64,000 bases of DNA from contig OZ024742.1 of NCBI GenBank assembly GCA_964016885.1, forward strand, positions 56,606,001 through 56,670,000, read 5' to 3'. Positions 1 through 11,999 of the stretch are shown here, piece by piece. Below the pieces are notes generated by a model. The model was given only the letters and a program-made list of their open reading frames with translations. It did not search any database and was not told the origin of the DNA. Every line of letters begins with the position of its first letter. The first letter of the stretch is position 1. Origin of the DNA: Eledone cirrhosa. Lineage: Eukaryota. The translations under genes were made by a program, and so were the position numbers.

Positions 1-397
1 CTTTCCCAAAATTAGAAATCATTATCTTCGAAAACAAATATAGTTTTAAAAAAACTTAAACTCACTCCAACATATAGTAATGGCTTCCATTAAAAAAGAG
101 ACTGCCTCAAATCACTCTATTTTCTATGTATGAAATAAATAACCCTGAGCTAAGCAGCTTCGCTTCTGATTGGCCTACTTCCCAAATACTTTGCTGATTT
201 CATGAAAACATTGGACTGTAAACTAATGATTAACAGGAAACCACGTAATCGACCACTTCTTCAAAACCATAGCAAATATCATGCCGAAATAAAACATTCA
301 AAAGATATTAAAACTTTACTTATGTCCGACATCATATTTGATAAAGAAATCTAGTTTGTCTGGTTGGATTTGTGCAAACAAATGACAATATTTACAG

Positions 398-419
398 CAC
401 GTTGAGGTATTTGCAGACA
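398..419 (+). CDS. Putative 22-nt internal coding micro-exon (HVEVFAD+1 nt) of an unidentified host gene
   Basis: tttacag| acceptor and |gtgagt donor; splices in frame to 722-773 and 910-937. Confidence 0.5.
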
Positions 420-721
420 GTGAGTGAAAGGAAGAATTTAAAATATATCAATAAATATGTGAAATATATCTCTAGGATGGAAAATACTCTCTGGGATAAA
501 AGAGATACTTTACACATAAAAGAAATTGCAACCAGCTTAAAAGTAAACATATCTTAAACTAGATATGACATGAATTGTTTCAAATACTTGGACCTGATGT
601 TGTCTGTTATTAACATAAATCATTTCTATGGTATAACTGACATTTTATTTCATTTTATTACAGTAAGTTATATTTATTTATTTATTTACTTTTTTTGCTT
701 TCCCTTGTATGTTCCTTTTAG

Positions 722-773
722 GACAATTCCTTGAGGATCTCAATCTTTTCCCTAAATCTCGATACCTGCTAAG
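722..773 (+). CDS. Putative 52-nt coding exon (RQFLEDLNLFPKSRYLL)
   Basis: Long polypyrimidine tract ending ttttag|, donor ag|gtattt; phases match both neighbours. Confidence 0.6.
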
Positions 774-909
774 GTATTTATATGTATTTACTGGTTCAGT
801 TCATTGTTTGCGTATCATTATTTGTCCATATTAGGTATTCTCCAAACTAATCAATATCTAGTAATAATATATAACATAGTAGTTATATTAAAATGTTTTT
901 TTTTTCTAG

Positions 910-937
910 ACCATATACCATACCAGCTGTCAGTTAA
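910..937 (+). CDS. Putative terminal coding exon (RPYTIPAVS*)
   Basis: poly-T ctag| acceptor; phase-2 continuation from 773 reads to TAA at 935-937. Confidence 0.55.
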
Positions 938-1123
938 ATAGCATTCTTCTAGAGTAATGCTGGCAATGCAGTGATATGACAGGATAATGCATAAGATTAA
1001 GAAGACATAAATCTTACAATGCTACAACAGTTGCAGTTATATATTTAGAGTGTTGTTCTAACATAAAATACTACATTCCAATAAGGTATACAACAAATCA
1101 TTTTGTTACTCTGTTATACATAC

Positions 1124-1159
<36 letters not shown>

Positions 1160-1902
1160 ATATGTATGTATATGTTAGTGTGTGCGTTTGTTTATATGTG
1201 TATATGTGAACAATATGAATACATGTTTATTCAACGATTACATCTAGATATCAAGTATTGCTAACAATTTTAAAGGATTTTTAATTTTAAATAAATTTAA
1301 TTTCTCCATGGGTAAACTATTCTGTCCAGAAATTTGTTTAATTATTTCAACCACTTGCAATATAATATTCATACGTAAATTAGAAATTACAAACAGATGG
1401 AAATTTATGGAAATTTGGTTAGAATTTAACCATGTTAATTCCAAACCGACCCTGCTTTTGCGATGCAAAACTGTTTCTTTTAAGGTATTTATATTTATCT
1501 AAGATTTTCCCATCCTAATTTTATGTAATAACCCTTTTTTAAAGTTATTAATGTCATGTTAATAATCTTAAAGAGAAAATTTGATACACTACGAAAGCCA
1601 CCCCCCAAAAAAAAATTCTGGATTATTTTCGTTAAATGTATAATAACGAAAGTTTTAAAGTAGGAGTAGAGAGGTATGTGCCTGGACAGAGTGAAGGAAT
1701 TACCACTCTGTTGATAATTAATCAATAATAGAAGACTAATAACACAATAGATACAAACTCAATGTCACTTTACATATAACAATAAATCTAAATACTCAAT
1801 ATTTCACTGAATGCAACGTTATTAATTGTTTTCATTATCGTCATCGATGTTGTCGTTGTTACTGTATTTAATACTAATTTCTTTATTTGATGATAATAAT
1901 AA

Positions 1903-2197
1903 TAATAATTGTTTCTACTTTAGGCATAAGGCCAGCAATTTGAAGGGAGGGAAAAGTTTATTAAATCAACCCTAGTACTTATTGATGCTTTATTTTATCG
2001 ACTCCTTAAGGATGAAAGGCAAAGCTAACCTCGGCGGGATTTGAACTTTACGTTCTCAGTTAAAATCCCGCGGAGGTTAGTTTTGCCTTTCATACTTACA
2101 GGGTAGATAAATTAAAATACCAGTAAGCACTGGGGTCGATTTAATCGACTTTCCCCTTCCCTTTAAATTACTTCCCTTGTGCCTAAAATAGAAACAA
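1903..2197. mobile_element. Two 5'-truncated SINE family 1 bodies fused head-to-head (palindrome)
   Basis: 1903-2048 is the reverse complement, and 2050-2197 a forward copy, of the SINE at 46272-46470; junction lies at the B-box region. Confidence 0.85.
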
Positions 2198-2199
2198 TA

Positions 2200-3003
2200 A
2201 TAATAATAATGGTTTCTTTATTAGTCACACAGGGCTTATACTAATAGGGCAATAAGGACGGTATAGTGTGGGTTTTTTTTGTTTCAGGGAAAGGTCTGTA
2301 AAGAAGACTAAAAAATAAACATTTAAAAATAAATTCGCCAAAGGTGGGATTATCCGCCAAGGGTCACTCATGGAGAAAGCCCACAAACATCCCCTGTAAC
2401 CTTGACCACTCGGGAAAATGCTCTCTCTTGGATGTTCTCTTCTAATTTACAGGCGCATACTCAGATCAAACCCATTCACTCAGGCAAAACTCGCCACTCT
2501 CAACCACCTTTCAACAAACTGGTTGGAAGGGAACATTTCTCTCTCTACCTGATTTTCCTCTTCAGGTAAAAGCTGAAATATTAAATCAGAGCTTTGCCAA
2601 AGGGGAAAGTAATGGTCTTCAACCCTTTCAAATGCGTCGACCTCACGACTTCTTTGGCTCTGGTCACGAGGCAGATAAAAACTGCCTGATCTTCCAAGCT
2701 AGGAAGGCGATGGGGCTTCTGTAAAGTTTATCTCGAACTGACAATGGTCCTCGGTAGCACTGAAAAGCCAGGGATTACTGGAAATTATCCATGGGCCTGG
2801 ACCGATAATCTTCCGGAATAGAGTGACTAATTGACTTTGGTCGACGCCCAGAGTTTCCTCATGAACGTCATCGCTCTTACCCGCCACTACCCTTCTGTAG
2901 AACGCCAAGGCGAATTTTTCCCCAGTCGTACTAACCCATTGGCACAGGGATGTGAGGATTTGATGACATTCCAGTTTCCAAGCGTAGTCTTGGCTTGACC
3001 CAT
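2200..3003 (-). mobile_element. 5'-truncated, decayed L1/Tx1-clade LINE 3' end with (ATT)n tail
   Basis: Minus-strand translations PLSVRDKLYR and AVFICLVTRAKEVV...YFSFYLKRKIR...FVERW resemble the L1/Tx1 ORF2 C-terminus; aataaa followed by (att)n. Confidence 0.65.
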
Positions 3004-3004
3004 A

Positions 3005-3212
3005 TAATAATCACAGTTTCTGATGTAGGCACAAGGCTAGCAATTTGAAGGGAAGGGAAATATCAATTAAATCGACCCCAGTGCCTTACTCGTACTTTAT
3101 TTTATCGACCCCGTAAGGATGAAAGGCAAGGCTAACCTTGATGGGATTTGAACTTAGAACGTAAAGGGACATAACTATATGCTGCAAAGCATTTTGACCG
3201 AGGTACTAACGC
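3005..3212 (-). mobile_element. SINE family 1 (tRNA-derived)
   Basis: Reverse complement of gttcaaatccc B box, ctttcatccttacggggtcgataaaataaagtac core and ccttgtgcc tail. Confidence 0.85.
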
Positions 3213-4967
3213 TTATATGTTTATATGTATGCTATTATGTATGCATAATATGTCGACTCACATTCTTCTTAATACATCTACATACTTAGGTTGCATTTCC
3301 CATTGACAGATACGTCTGATCTTTGAATTTTATTTAAATAATTGTGTTGATCATACAGTAACGCAATGAGAAAAAGAGTAGTGCAGACATATGTATATGT
3401 TCACTTATAGATATGTACGTAACTTTGTATGTATACATGTATATAGTCGTCGTTTTCTCTGTATGTGTCTTTATCTGAGTGTGTAGTTATCATGTGGTTT
3501 CTTTGCTTTTTTTTCGATGTTTTCTGTGCAGCCACATCAAGAATTTATTGATATTAAGTACGTCAACAGAAGGAAGGTGTACCAGAATTTTGTTTAAAAG
3601 AAACCAATAAAATAAGTATTTCCTCACCCCTACCTTCTCTCCCAACTCCATCTCCGTTTCACCATTTCTATTCACCTTAGCATCTCTTGAAAGAAACCCT
3701 CCCGACTTGTTTCAATAAGTTTCCTGAAAACTATCGACGTGGAAGTTAGCAGGATAGCTATTGAAATTAAAAGACGCCTCACATAAAGCGATTTTCATGT
3801 TTATTCGTCACCCGATATTTCTATCTATACACACACAGGGACTGTTTACAATGATCATTTCATTTAATTTATAATTAGTTTTCCGGAGTCTGGTGTGTTC
3901 TTATAACTATTGCGATAACTATCGATCGGATGACATAGATTTCCAAATTGCCAATAAATCTTCTAAAGGTTTTTCGATTATTTAATCGATTTATGGATAA
4001 AGAGTAATTAAAATTATTTGAGTTGTTTCCAACGAGGTTAATTATTTGCCTATTCGTGTTAGTTACCAATTATTGTGATTATTCAACATCTAATCTCCAC
4101 GTAAAATAGAAATCAATATATCTCAGAACAAATTCGCTTCCCTTTAATCCTAATCAAGAAATTAGAGCGAAGATTCTCTCTTCGAGGCTGGATATCTATC
4201 ATCTGAATGATAATTCTGTTGAAGCATGGCTTTATGAGTTAATGCTCATGGCTTCCAGAGAAATTCTAAATAGCTTATCAAAGTATTTCCACTTGAAAGA
4301 GCATTGGATGGCAATATCTGTGAAGCACAGGCTGAAATGTCATACAGTGTTTATTTACGTCTGAATCTATATATCCCGTTTATGTTCTGAATGTAAACAT
4401 ATCATTAGGTACGACATTGTCTGTCAATTCTCTTGAGTGAATAAGGTAAATACCCTTTATCTTATAGGCATAATGTTATTTTAATCTTACTCATTTCCTA
4501 TAAATAAATGTATGACCCTATGTCAAAGATAGAACTCAAATTCTATTTCTTCTTAGTATTTAAAAATGGTTAATACATTTAGTTTTATAATTTATTTTGT
4601 CAGTGGAGTTTCGCTGTATCTCAGGCCAATATCATTAATTTTATTAGTTATTTTGGTTTGATCCTATCATAAATATAACTGTTTAGAAATATGTATTATT
4701 GAGGAGGTGATTATACTGAATTCTAATGATTTCCCCATGCCTGGGCAAAGACAAGTTTCTTACATCACTATTCTTTGAACTGATGCTTTCACTTCGCAGC
4801 AACTTCGTAATTTCACTGAGGTGTATTACATAGGTGTAGGTATAATCACGTTGTTAAGAAGTTCGCTTTGTAACCACATGGTCCTGCGTACGATCCTGCT
4901 TTCAGGCATGTTTAGTAACCGTCTTCTGTTGTACGCACATGTCTACTAACGTCTCGTAACTGAAATT

Positions 4968-5108
<141 letters not shown>

Positions 5109-5254
5109 GTGTGTATGTGGGAGAGAGTTTTGTGTACGTGTGCATGTGTATAAATGTATATGACTACGTATACCAATATAATTCAACCTTCTGACGCAAT
5201 TGTGCTTGAATGACTGGATTCTTTGTTACATGTCAGATTAGAGTATCCAACTCT

Positions 5255-5498
5255 GACGCCCATATAAAAAGATCGAACTAAGGACTTGTCCAAAACCATC
5301 CTACAGGGCATAGTCGAGGGAGGGCGTAGAAGGGGGAGACAAAGGAAATCCTAGTCTGACAACATCAAAAACTGAACTGATCGCAATACCGAGGGCCATC
5401 TACGCATGAGGGAGAATAGATACCAATAGTGACGACTGACTACATGTCTTGAATTGCACCCCAATGGCTGACTGCACCAGTTGTTAGAAGATGATGAG
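5255..5498 (+). mobile_element. RTE/BovB-type LINE 3' fragment (decayed)
   Basis: Translates DLSKTILQGIVEGGRRRGRQRKS*SDNIKN*T, resembling the RTE-BovB C-terminal EGxRRRGRQRxxWxDxI motif. Confidence 0.75.
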
Positions 5499-5749
5499 GA
5501 TGCCAATGTAAAATAGTCCACCGCGTTATCTTAGCAATTCTGACAAAATATGTTTTATATGGTAAATACTGACTCAAATAGATATTGAATCGAATTAATA
5601 CAATTGAAGATGATGTCTCAGATTTGTGAAAGTCGGATAACCGAAGGCAGTAATAATTAAATGATAAAGTAAAGCTTAAACAAAATATCACAAATATTTT
5701 GTCTTAGTAAAGTGTAATGATGTATGCAGTGGGGTGTTGAAGTTTACTT

Positions 5750-5862
5750 GTATGTATGTATGCATGTATGAATGTATGTATGTATGTATGTATGTATGTA
5801 TGTATGTATGTATGTATGTATGTATGTATGTATGTATGTATGTATGTATGTATGTATGTATG
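5750..5862. repeat. (TATG)n microsatellite
   Basis: Directly visible. Confidence 0.97.
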
Positions 5863-6041
5863 GGCCATAAGACCTGATGGAGTCGTAGAGGCACCGAACG
5901 GATATAAGCTTGTATTGGACATTTAAACCCTGGTGGGGTTCATCCCCTCTCTAGATTTGAACACATATTTCTTCCAGATAAGGAGAGAGCGAGTGGTGGG
6001 TGTGAGTGATAGAGAAGAAGTGAATAAAAGATATTCTGGAA

Positions 6042-6201
6042 CAATCGGCCCCAGTACTGGACTGCTACTATATTTAACGATCTCAAAGTCTGAAAAGCAA
6101 AGTTGACCTCGGCAGGTTTTGAACTCATAGCGCAGAGAAACTGAACGAATAACGCAAAGCATTCTATCCGTCGTTCAAACGACTGCCAATTCACCACCCC
6201 C
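6042..6201 (-). mobile_element. SINE family 1, diverged copy
   Basis: aaagcaaagttgacctcggc...tttgaactc and actgccaattcacc match the SINE core and head in reverse. Confidence 0.75.
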
Positions 6202-6557
6202 TTACTTGTATACAAATGGTGAAAACTTTAAATTCTATCTTCTGATATAAACATTGAAAATCAATAACTATTGAAAAAAGGTTGTGATTAGTATCTGATT
6301 AGTAAAGAGGAAAGAATTAGCTCTACATATTGCACTGCATGTGAGATTAATACCTACTATTTAATTGATACAATAAATAGTATTATACAGATCTTATCTA
6401 CTCGTGTTGAACTAGCGTTCATTTCTTATTTTTTTCTGAAAAACGCTGTCACCTACTGACGCTGAAGATATCACATGCTACCATATAATATCACACCTGT
6501 TCACTTATATCTCTGCAACTCTTCCACTTCTCCCCCACACACTCGAACACAAACATG

Positions 6558-6882
<325 letters not shown>

Positions 6883-7097
6883 TATTCTGAAACTAACAAA
6901 GTCAATCTGTAAACGCAGAAGTGGATATTTCGAAAAACGTTGCAACCGGAGGAAGAGAGGAAGACGATACTTTGGTTTGTGGAAACTTTCCCTTCACAAA
7001 ACATACAGGTAATATATAATGTTATAAACATAACATATACTTAGCTACCACATCAAGACGTAAAATATCCACGTAAAAATATATATGTGTGTGCACG

Positions 7098-7168
<71 letters not shown>

Positions 7169-7174
7169 GTATAT

Positions 7175-7831
7175 ATAAAATTTGGTCGTTTTGGAAGCCT
7201 CAACAATGTAGATCCGGTGGTGAAGAGAGAGATGTAAGAGAATGTAGAATGAGATGTATAGTGTGTAGAGGAACATAGAAAAGAGGGTAAAAATAAAAAT
7301 AACACGAGAGATTGCGATAATTGGGAGAGATTTAATTGTCCCTATATTTCGGATTTCGCATCCATCAACTCAGGGTCGGAGAAGAACGGTACGTGGCCTC
7401 TGTTGTCCGCCGTCTGTGTGTAACTGAGATATTCTGTAGAGCGCGCGTGCGAGCGGAGTAGGTGCGGTCAAGCAAAGGTCGAGGCAGTTCCTCTTTATTG
7501 TGGGAGTGGGATGGTGCTAGCTGTCAATCCATTATACTACCTATATTCAGTCTTTGTTACTGGTAGTGTTGGTAATCTGCCTGGTCGCTTGTTGGTCGGT
7601 GGTTGGTGGTGGCGTTATAGACATAATAACAATCGTTCGAATGCCACTGTGTGTGTGTGTGTGTGCGTGTGCTGTTGTCTCGTTTGTTTATACTAGCCAC
7701 CTCGTCTTGCTTTTCTCGGATCGGTTATTTATTTGTGGTCCTAGGCGTTTGATCCAAAGTGCTTCCTTGATTCGTAACATGCCGATGTTGAGTTCTGTCG
7801 CTAGCACTGTTACAATGGGCCTTCCATCTTG
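7175..7831 (-). mobile_element. 5'-truncated Penelope-like element (GIY-YIG C-terminus plus 3' UTR) between TA tracts
   Basis: Contains the coding remnant 7688-7828; both ends bounded by (TA)n. Confidence 0.7.
7688..7828 (-). pseudogene. C-terminal end of a PLE GIY-YIG endonuclease (DGRPIVTVLATELNIGMLRIKEALWIKRLGPQINNRSEKSKTRWLV*)
   Basis: Manual translation; xKEAxxIxxxxPxxN is the conserved last helix (Glu...Asn) of PLE GIY-YIG domains. Confidence 0.75.
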
Positions 7832-7854
7832 TGTATATACATATATATATATAT

Positions 7855-8056
7855 AGTTTTAATATAGATGAGATTCTACAGGACTAGAACTGTTTCATTC
7901 TTGAGAAATCATCAGGAATCTCTGATGATTCCTGATAATTTCTCAAGATGAAACAGTTCTATTTCTGTAGAAATTCATCTATATTAAAACTTTTATACTC
8001 TGCTATGTATTGAGTAACTTACTGTGGTTACCTCCGATTCAACCCAGAATAACTTA

Positions 8057-8060
<4 letters not shown>
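7855..8060 (+). mobile_element. PLE-type fold-back element, family A, in (TA)n
   Basis: Inverted arms 7855-7920 / 7927-7991 plus ~68-nt tail; homologous to 17738-17890, 17983-18145, 35090-35277. Confidence 0.8.
7870..7922 (-). ncRNA. Type I hammerhead ribozyme (family A)
   Basis: GAGAUUC-CUGAUGA-U-UUC-UCAA-GAA-U-GAAA-CAG-uucuaguc-CUG-UA/GAAUCUC: 7-bp stem I, intact core, GUA site. Confidence 0.85.
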
Positions 8061-8090
<30 letters not shown>

Positions 8091-8125
8091 GATAAATCTA
8101 CCAAGAGTTTACGGTAGTGTCCAAT

Positions 8126-8210
<85 letters not shown>

Positions 8211-8379
8211 TGTGTGTATGTGCGTGCGTAAGTGTGTCGTGATGTATGTGTGTGTTTGGGAGTGCGTGCCTTTGCTCAATTTGACTTGAAATGGCAAAAC
8301 ACTATGAATATTTCCCTTACTCGGTTATTTTCTTATATACGTGTGTGCACGTGTCTCTGTGTGTCTGTGTGTTTGTGTG

Positions 8380-8410
<31 letters not shown>

Positions 8411-8769
8411 CATAATCTATAAAGCTCAGTGTATGGACATTCTCTTTTGTTATAGAAATCTACGATATAGAATTTCTTCAATTGAAATTTACAATTCAGT
8501 ATTCGAAATAGCTTCGATTGCGTCTTGGCACATATAATTTTTTCAATTTCACCCACAATTACGCAAAAAATAGATAAAACTCAATATTTTACGATTGATC
8601 TCTCATTTAAACTGCTAAACCTTTCCATTACCATTCAAAATCTATACAACTTCATACTTTCTGCTACTTTCTCTTTCCAAGCTTGATGGTGATACTGTCC
8701 GTTTTACTCTCTCATATCATCTGCTACCTCTATCTACAACCCACACATTTTGCTACTTTCTCTTTTATA

Positions 8770-8996
8770 CTTCAAACTTACTGATTTATTTCCAAACGCA
8801 TACAAACACACACTCACTTCAAATGATAAAAAAAACATTTAAAGCAATTAAACAACGTGCGTGATTTATAACCACACTAACTTTTAGTTGCTTCAAACTT
8901 AATGATTTATTTACAAACACATACAAACACACACTCACATAAATTGATAAAAAAAAATGTAAAGCAATTAAACAACGTGCGGGATTTATAACCACA
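8770..8996. repeat. Tandem duplication, ~121-bp period, 2 copies
   Basis: cttcaaactta.tgatttattt...gcaattaaacaacgtgcg.gatttataaccaca occurs at 8770 and 8891. Confidence 0.9.
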
Positions 8997-9230
8997 AAAA
9001 AAGTAGAAACAATTATTACATTTCATACGAAACGACAATTATTCAAAAGCAACAGATACATTTATTCAACAACAAGAGATACATCTTTTTTAAAACCTGT
9101 CAACGAACATAGATTCTTACAGACTTTGAGTCGAATCGGTTTGAAATTGTGCAAATGTATAAACATGGAACATGTGCACACACACAACAACAACAACAAT
9201 CTGCCTGTTATAGATAATGATAAACAATAA

Positions 9231-9599
9231 TATCCTCTATGAGGTCACTAAACCTGCTAGAAACAGCAGCTAACTCTCCCCCTTATCACACCACTCCCTA
9301 CTGTCTTAAATTTAGAAAACACATATCCTCTATGAGGTTACTAAACCTGCTAGAAACAGCAGCTAACTCTCCCCCATATCATACCCCTCCCTACTGTCTT
9401 AAATTTAGAAAACATATCTTCTATGAGGTCACTAAACCTGGTAGAAACAGCAGCTAACTCTCCCCCATTCACACCACTCCCTACTGTCTTAAATTTAGAA
9501 AACACATATCCTCTATGAGGTCAATAAACCTGCTAGAAACAACAGCTAACTCTCCCTCATATCACAACCCTCCCTACTGTCTTAAATTTAGAAAACACA
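9231..9599. repeat. Minisatellite, 4 x 91-93 bp
   Basis: Unit tatcctctatgaggtcactaaacctgctagaaacagcagctaactctccc...tactgtcttaaatttagaaaacaca starts at 9231, 9324, 9415, 9507. Confidence 0.95.
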
Positions 9600-10429
9600 C
9601 AGACAACCATGCAGAACAACTCCATCGCAGCTCTGTTGTTCGGCTGGCATCGTCTACGCGCGTGTTGCGCAAGTTCTGTGAAACAATAAATTTCAACACT
9701 TTTTTGCACAGAGATAATATCCATAGGCGAAACTACAATTGTCACTGCTGGCACAGTTCCTGCTTCCAGGTCTGCAATTCATTCACCCAGTGCCTGGCAG
9801 ACAAAAAAGTGGTGCCATAAAATGGGTGGTGCAACCTAACTTTGGTAACTATTTCAGCGCATCAATGCTAATACTTAATTTTTGCTGGACCACCAATCGC
9901 TCTGTATAATCACCTCCTGATTATTACTGGAATTACTACAGAAGCAGGGAGTGCGTGGCTCTGATGATCGCCAAACATCATGAAACAGACTGCTAGCTTC
10001 TCTCCCTTCTTTCGCCGAAAAGAAATAAGTGACATAGTCACTACTTTAAAACCGATAGCGTATGGTCTTCAAAATGTTTTTAATTAAACATACGGTATAT
10101 TGCCAAATATACTATACATATATAATATATATATTTGTGACCGTATAGTTATATAATTGATTAAATATACTGCTTTTACTTTTAGGTCTCAATTTCACAT
10201 AGCAGGTTAGAAAGTGTTCTATGTAAGTTAATTGTGAAAGTAGGCCCTGCCATCCCAGTCTCTTGTGCATTGCTTCTTTCAGATATTATACACACTGTCC
10301 CTAGAATACGTAATTGTCTGTGAACGTCCCAATCCACTTGACACTAAGAACAATACACATTCAGGTAACTGTCCATTGGAAACAATAGTTAAGGACAAAG
10401 AATTCTGTCAGGCACGGACTACAATATGT

Positions 10430-11162
10430 CGGCGTTGTTGTTGTTGTTACTGCTGTTGTTGATATCATTGTTGTTGAGGTTGTTGTTCTTGTTTTCGTTG
10501 TTACGTCGTCGTCGTCGTTCTTAACGTTGTTGAGGTTGTTGTTGTTCTCGCTGTCGTTTACTTATGTCTTATACATTGCCGTTTTCCTCATAGTTGCTGT
10601 TGCAGTTGTTTTTGTTGCTGCAGTTGCAGTCATTGTCGTTGCTAATGTTGTTAGTGCTAGTGGTGGTGGTGCTGGTGGTGCTGGTGATGGTTGTGCTGGC
10701 GGTGGTGGTGGATGTCGTGGTGGTGGTGGTGGTGGTTGTCGTGGTGGTGGTGGTGGTGGTGATGGTGGTGGAGGTGGTGGTGGTGGAGGTGGTTTTGGTG
10801 CAGGTGGTGGTTGTTGGGATGGTGGTCGTCGTCGTCGTGATGGTGGTGGTGGTGGTGGTGGAGGTGGTTTTGGTGCAGGCGGTGGTTGTTGGGATGGTGG
10901 TGGTGGTCGTCGTCGTGATGGTGGTGGTGGTGGTGGTTTTGGTGCAGGTGGTGGTTGTTGGGATGGTGGTGGTCGTCGTTGTCGTGATGGTGGTGGTGGT
11001 GGTAGTGGTGGTGGTTTTGGTGCAGGCGGTGGTTGTTGGGATGGGGGTGGTCGTCGTCGTCGTGATGGTGGTGATGGTGGTGGTTTGGGTGCAGGTGGTG
11101 GTTGTTGGGATGGTGGTGGTCGTCGTTGTCGTGATGGTGGTGGTGGTGGTGGTAGTGGTGGT
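10430..11162. repeat. (GTT)/(GGT) trinucleotide-based minisatellite with a higher-order ~70-bp unit
   Basis: Five copies of ggttttggtgcaggyggtggttgttgggatggtggtggtcgtcgt..gatggt from ~10790 to 11160. Confidence 0.92.
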
Positions 11163-11331
11163 CTTTTAGTATCAATAACCGAATTAATCGCTCACTACAT
11201 TTCAAAATGCTAACATATATAGAATGAATTACTAGGAAAATACTGCGATAAAATGTAAAAGGAAAGGGGAGGATACAAGACAAAACTCTTTTGAGTGCAT
11301 ATATATATGCTCATAAAGGTTTATATGTGTG

Positions 11332-11377
<46 letters not shown>

Positions 11378-11452
11378 CATTTATACACACACACAAACAT
11401 AATATATATATATATATATACCTCCATCCCAACAACCACCACCTGCACCATA

Positions 11453-11507
<55 letters not shown>

Positions 11508-11804
11508 AACAGAGTGAGAAACAGAGAAAGAGAGAGAGGAAAAAACAGAAAGATAGAGAAATAGAGAGAGAGATAGGGTGTGTGATATGGGTGTGTGTTT
11601 ATTATTCAAAAGATGCTTACAACATAATCGTTTTGGATATAGACTAATTTTTAGATGCAAGCTTTTGCATGTACTTGTGAATGTAACGTTATATTCATAC
11701 ATATGCATATATATAGACGTATGTATATGTATATATATAGTTGTATGTGTATGTGTGTGTGTGTGATTGTGCGTTTTTGTGTGCGCGTCTGTATGGGTGT
11801 TTGT

Positions 11805-11858
<54 letters not shown>

Positions 11859-11903
11859 CATACGTAACGATATATTATCACTACATTATTGATAACCTGA
11901 AAT

Positions 11904-11999
<96 letters not shown>

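Noticed and set aside
636-668. ctgac...ttacagtaagt overlapping acceptor/donor (recursive splice-like)
   Set aside because: AG and GT share one G rather than forming AG|GT; no supportable exon
6917-7008. Possible exon ending ag|gtaata
   Set aside because: Weak acceptor, no recognisable protein, no phase-matched neighbours found
9231-9599. CRISPR-like appearance of the 92-bp array
   Set aside because: Whole unit is repeated, no unique spacers, no cas genes, eukaryotic context
9690-9820. Possible CR1-type LINE ORF2 3' remnant on the minus strand
   Set aside because: Similarity to the FFxxRxxxxWNxL motif too weak by eye
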